Below are positions 54,599-58,092 of a stretch of 58,092 nt of DNA, in pieces. The DNA is from a virus (taxonomy: Duplodnaviria; Caudoviricetes): IMG/VR virus record IMGVR_UViG_3300042924_003258, positions 1 through 58,092 of that record. One strand, written 5' to 3'. Position 1 is the stretch's first letter. The number at the start of each line of letters is the position of its first letter. The position numbers were made by a program, and so were the translations under genes. Below the pieces are notes generated by a model. It searched no databases and was not told where the DNA came from. It saw only the letters and a list, made by a program, of their open reading frames with translations.

Positions 54599-55362
54599 GA
54601 CGCCTCGCTTTCCATGAATGCTCTCACGAACGCCGCTGCGACCTGAGGCACTATCGCATTGCCGTAACCGCGCAGTCGCACCATGCCTTCGGATATCCCA
54701 TCAGACGACGCGAAAAGTCCGGGTTCGCCCATGCCCTCTCGTAGGTCCATCCATTCCGAATTGCCCATACGTGCATCCAATGCAACTGCCTGCCGGCTTT
54801 CACCCGCCTGATAGGTTGGTCGCGCTTGAACACATACCAACTTCTCCACTCTCTTGATTGCGGCGTCGGCCACCCACCACAACCGTTGTCGCATGTGCGG
54901 CGCGCCGACGCTGTGTGCGCCCAGTACGACCGCCCCGCAGGTGTAGCCAATTCCTTCCAGGTCTGCGAATACTCCATCGATCCAGCCGTGTCCAACCGCG
55001 CTCGCAACCTGCTCGCCAAAGATCGTGTCAGGTCTGCACTCGCGGACGAGCCGGAACATCTCGGGCCAGAGATGCCGCTCGTCGGCTTGGCCTTTGCGCT
55101 TGCCCGCTGCTGAGAACGGTTGACAGGGACAGGAGCCGGTCCAAACAACCCGGTCATCTGGGAATCCGGCGAGTCGCAGGGCGTAATCCCAGCCCGCAAT
55201 CCCGGCAAACAAATGCACACGCCCGTAGCCTCGCAGGTCTTCCCCTCGCAGTTCTGTGATGCTTCGCTCATCGACGACTCCATTCGTGACGTGCCCTTGC
55301 TTGCACAACTCCCGCAGCCATGCGGCGGTCTTCGCGTCCCACTCGTTATACAGCGTGGTCAT
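54595..55362 (-). CDS. C5 cytosine DNA methyltransferase, alpha frame (allele B)
   Basis: FAGIAG, CPCQPFS, GEQV, GAPHMRQRL (VIII), RLRGYGNAIVPQ (X). Confidence 0.92.
   Translation of the reverse strand: MTTLYNEWDAKTAAWLRELCKQGHVTNGVVDERSITELRGEDLRGYGRVHLFAGIAGWDYALRLAGFPDDRVVWTGSCPCQPFSAAGKRKGQADERHLWPEMFRLVRECRPDTIFGEQVASAVGHGWIDGVFADLEGIGYTCGAVVLGAHSVGAPHMRQRLWWVADAAIKRVEKLVCVQARPTYQAGESRQAVALDARMGNSEWMDLREGMGEPGLFASSDGISEGMVRLRGYGNAIVPQVAAAFVRAFMESEAS
54651..55283 (-). CDS. overlapping +1-frame MTase beta polypeptide (allele B)
   Basis: 210 codons, with WPTPQS and NPDFSRRLMGYP. Confidence 0.72.
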   Translation of the reverse strand: MESSMSEASQNCEGKTCEATGVCICLPGLRAGITPCDSPDSQMTGLFGPAPVPVNRSQQRASAKAKPTSGISGPRCSGSSASADLTRSLASRLRARLDTAGSMEYSQTWKELATPAGRSYWAHTASARRTCDNGCGGWPTPQSREWRSWYVFKRDQPIRRVKAGRQLHWMHVWAIRNGWTYERAWANPDFSRRLMGYPKAWCDCAVTAMR

Positions 55363-55652
55363 TGCTCGCTTTCCACCCTTCGCCACACCCTTGCCCGCCT
55401 GTCGCTCGCAGTCTTCCGCGTGAACATGCACAGTTCGATCTTGCACTCTTCCGCCAACTCGCCGCGTCGTGGCCGGTACGTGTTGCCGGGGATGCCAAGA
55501 GCCACCTGCCCCTCCTCGTCCGTCGCGCCGTCGTCGCCCTTGCTCGCGATGAACGCGAGGATGCGGGCGCGGTCGCTGGCTCGCTTGTCGTCGGTCTGGG
55601 ATAGCGCAGCCTCGATGCTGGTGGTTGTTCCGTTGTGGGGGGCTGTTTGCAT
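55359..55652 (-). CDS. winged-HTH-like phage protein (allele B)
   Basis: Near-identical to 3101-3391. Confidence 0.75.
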   Translation of the reverse strand: MQTAPHNGTTTSIEAALSQTDDKRASDRARILAFIASKGDDGATDEEGQVALGIPGNTYRPRRGELAEECKIELCMFTRKTASDRRARVWRRVESEQ

Positions 55653-55828
55653 CACGCACGCTCCTTCCGCTTCGACTTCTTCGCAGGCTTCGTCCGGTCC
55701 CACCAGATTGCTCGCGCATCACTAATCAACGCTTTCAACACCAGCCCCCTCGCCTTCCTCGGCGTCAGGTTCGCGTGAACCACGCCGTCAATTCCAACCG
55801 TGTCAGTGCCGCGTTTCTTGGTTGCCAT
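55652..55828 (-). CDS. 58-aa basic protein (copy B only)
   Basis: MATKKRG...KRKERA; coupled at both ends. Confidence 0.55.
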   Translation of the reverse strand: MATKKRGTDTVGIDGVVHANLTPRKARGLVLKALISDARAIWWDRTKPAKKSKRKERA

Positions 55829-56079
55829 TAGGCACGCTCCTTTCGCCGCCAGAGGACGCCTTCAATGTCGTTGGCCTTCTTGTTTTTTCTCTCAACCAGC
55901 CCGTTCCGCTCCATCCATCGCAACGCCTTCGAAAACTCGGACGGCTCGGCAACCTCGCCAGTAGCCACGGTCCAACGCATTCTGATGCGGGCAACATCTT
56001 GCCATTCGGTCGGCATCAGTTCGATAATCTGCCTGCTCATCTTCTGGTGTCTGCGAACCAAGGTCTTCATGCCGCTCAT
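55828..56079 (-). CDS. small winged-helix-like protein (allele B)
   Basis: Near-identical to 4675-4926. Confidence 0.7.
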   Translation of the reverse strand: MSGMKTLVRRHQKMSRQIIELMPTEWQDVARIRMRWTVATGEVAEPSEFSKALRWMERNGLVERKNKKANDIEGVLWRRKERA

Positions 56080-56549
56080 GCTGCACACTCCCTTCGCTTG
56101 CTCGCCTCAATCTTCTTGATCGCTCTCTCACAAACACTCGCCAACCTTCGCACTTCCTCGTCGCCCGCTTCCAACCTTGCTTTGCCCCATTTGAGAGACT
56201 TGTACGCGCTGTCCCTGTTCGTTCGCCCAGCCGCCCGCGCCGCATCGTGAACGCTTGGCGTCGGGGTGATGTGCGACATCAAGGAATACTCCACAACCTT
56301 GCGTCTGGTCAAGTAGTACCGCGTCCTGCTCAGTGTGCGAAGTTCTCCCGGCTCCATGCCCATCGCATACGCGCACGCATCGACGTACTCGCGATAAGGA
56401 AACCCGTCACCACCAAACAACTCGGACCATACAGCCGCGAACTTAGTAACGTGTTCTTCGCGGTTGTTGTGGTCCATGTCGTCCCATGCACCTGGGCCTT
56501 CCAGTTTGTCAATTAGACGTTGCATGAACGCCGCCGCTGTAGTTCTCAT
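56076..56549 (-). CDS. DnaA C-terminal-like HTH protein, allele B
   Basis: ACAYAMGMEPGELRTLSRTR...RRKVVEY...GRTNRDS; distant homolog of 4923-5378. Confidence 0.65.
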   Translation of the reverse strand: MRTTAAAFMQRLIDKLEGPGAWDDMDHNNREEHVTKFAAVWSELFGGDGFPYREYVDACAYAMGMEPGELRTLSRTRYYLTRRKVVEYSLMSHITPTPSVHDAARAAGRTNRDSAYKSLKWGKARLEAGDEEVRRLASVCERAIKKIEASKRRECAA

Positions 56550-57865
56550 TCGCTGTCCTCCACAACCATCCCAAACTCATTAGTTCGCAGCGTCATGCTG
56601 TCAAAGAAAAGGCCGATCTTCCTTCCGGCCCCCTTGCCGCGCCTTGCCTTCTTCACGGTTAGTACGCGGTTACATTCAGTCTTGAACGATCCGTCGTCGC
56701 CCAGAAGTGTCAATGTCTCCGGCTCCATCGCTGTCAGCCACAGCACCGTGTCAACGTGCCGCTTCCACGCCGCGCCGCCCGCCATCTCTTTGGCGTGGTC
56801 GCCCATCTTGGGGTGAATCACCACGATCAGGCTCGCGCCGTGCTTGCTCACCGCCGAGCGAAGGTCGCCCAACAGTTCCTTGTCCGCGATCCACGGCTTG
56901 TCGCTGGGTGCCGCGCTGGTGATCGGGTCCACCAGCAGCACGCGAACCCCGGCCTGAGCCTGCGAGTGGACCCATGCGGCAACCTGGTCGTACGTCGCCT
57001 CGCCCTCCGCAATTTCGTGGCAGCAGGTGCCGAACTCAGAAAGCCATTCGGCGTTGTCGGCCTGAATCTTGCGGACCCGATCAGCGTTGCGGCGTACCCA
57101 TTCAGGATCGTCCAGTTGGCTTTCGCCGACCCGCATGGCCAGCATCCGAAGCAGGTGCATAGCCCGGCCCGATTCCAGTTGCAGCATGGCGACCGATTCG
57201 CCCGCGTTGTGCATGTTCATCAGGGCTTCCGCCGCGATCATGGACTTGCCAGCCCCGGGGTCGCCGCAGAGCATCGTGATTGTGCCGGGTTGCAGGGCGT
57301 TGGTCGTGAAGTGAATGGCGTTGAACCCAGCCCACTTGACCGACCGGACGCCCCCGGCAATCGCCGCGTCGAGCGTGGCGTTGACTTCCTGCGCCGCCGA
57401 TCCCTTGCCCGACAACCGGGACGCCAGATGCCGGGACACGCGGGCGACCTTGTTGGCGAACTTGTCGATGAACTCCTGCGTGTCGGCGGTCCATTCGCCC
57501 TTCTTGGCCGCGTGGTCGATCTGGCGGGCTTCCATGACCACCGCACGGGCGGCTGCCGCCAGAAGCACTAGGCGGGCGTAATAGGCAAAATTCGTCGGGG
57601 AGGGTACCGACCCCGCCATCTGCTCCCACAAATCGATCAGAGAGGCATCCACGGCCAGCAGACGCGAAGCCAGCAGCGCGCCGTCAGCGCGCTCGCCGTA
57701 TTCCCGATATCCGCTGGCAAGAATCCCAAACATCGTCGCGTGCCTTTCGTCGTGGAAACTCTTCTCCGTCAGAACCGCCATCACTTCCGGGATGCACTTG
57801 GGGTCCAGGGCCATGCTGCCCAGCACCGCCATCTCTGCCGACAGGTCTTGCGGTACTTCATCCAC
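56546..57865 (-). CDS. dnaB: DnaB-like helicase (second copy)
   Basis: Protein identical to 5375-6691 except the last residues. Confidence 0.85.
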   Translation of the reverse strand: MDEVPQDLSAEMAVLGSMALDPKCIPEVMAVLTEKSFHDERHATMFGILASGYREYGERADGALLASRLLAVDASLIDLWEQMAGSVPSPTNFAYYARLVLLAAAARAVVMEARQIDHAAKKGEWTADTQEFIDKFANKVARVSRHLASRLSGKGSAAQEVNATLDAAIAGGVRSVKWAGFNAIHFTTNALQPGTITMLCGDPGAGKSMIAAEALMNMHNAGESVAMLQLESGRAMHLLRMLAMRVGESQLDDPEWVRRNADRVRKIQADNAEWLSEFGTCCHEIAEGEATYDQVAAWVHSQAQAGVRVLLVDPITSAAPSDKPWIADKELLGDLRSAVSKHGASLIVVIHPKMGDHAKEMAGGAAWKRHVDTVLWLTAMEPETLTLLGDDGSFKTECNRVLTVKKARRGKGAGRKIGLFFDSMTLRTNEFGMVVEDSE

Positions 57866-58092
57866 TGCCCACCCCCATCGCCCTGTCCTTGGCGCGTTCC
57901 CGCCGCAGGTACGCCGAGAACTCTTCCCGCTCCTGCTGCGTCATGGGTGGTGGCTTGGGTGTGTCGTCGTCGTCGTCCGAAACGAGCGGGGTTTCCCACC
58001 GGGACTGGTTCAGGTACGTTTCCGCGTTGGGCACGAACTGCTGGCCCTGCTTCTGCCACTGCTCGGATTGGGACATGGCCCGGACGTGGCCG
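57858..58092 (-). CDS. replication initiator, 3' part (cut by the window end)
   Basis: Identical to 6684-6918. Confidence 0.85.
   Translation of the reverse strand, partial: GHVRAMSQSEQWQKQGQQFVPNAETYLNQSRWETPLVSDDDDDTPKPPPMTQQEREEFSAYLRRERAKDRAMGVGSG

Larger units (their letters stand above)
1..58092 (-). mobile_element. Bacteriophage genome (T7-like podovirus virion and RNAP with a temperate-type replication module), about 51 kb unit plus a partial second copy
   Basis: Continuous co-oriented phage gene set (terminase, portal, capsid, tail, RNAP, integrase) with no recognisable host housekeeping genes. Confidence 0.95.
53592..58092. repeat. Copy B of the long imperfect direct repeat
   Basis: Same gene order as 1-6918, with indels and allele swaps. 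Confidence 0.95.

Noticed and set aside
1-58092. tRNA or rRNA genes, and a repeated T7-style promoter consensus
   Set aside because: None recognised by eye; tRNAscan and motif discovery on late intergenic regions are needed to exclude them.

Overview
The whole window is bacteriophage DNA. It covers about one genome length (unit ~51.2 kb, offset 51174 between positions 6918 and 58092) plus a second, mosaic copy of the replication/accessory region. Nearly all genes are on the minus strand. The late half is T7-like: single-subunit RNA polymerase, portal, scaffold, capsid, tail adaptor and nozzle, ejectosome proteins and T7-type terminase. The early half is lambdoid/temperate: tyrosine integrase, Xis-like HTH, RecE/RecT-like pair, SSB, an iteron-bearing initiator and a DnaB-like helicase. 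I could not recognise a DNA polymerase or primase. A Phycisphaerales-style dockerin and a PVC-like SSB suggest a planctomycete host (inference). The most notable signals are: a dual-reading-frame C5 methyltransferase kept in two alleles; Fur-like palindromes between the RNAP and the late operon; an ART-PolyVal-like insert in the ejected gp16-like protein; a dockerin/beta-helix protein; a family of post-stop hairpins between early genes upstream of the integrase; and short junction microhomologies that explain cassette exchange. All family calls come from motif recognition by eye; no searches were run.
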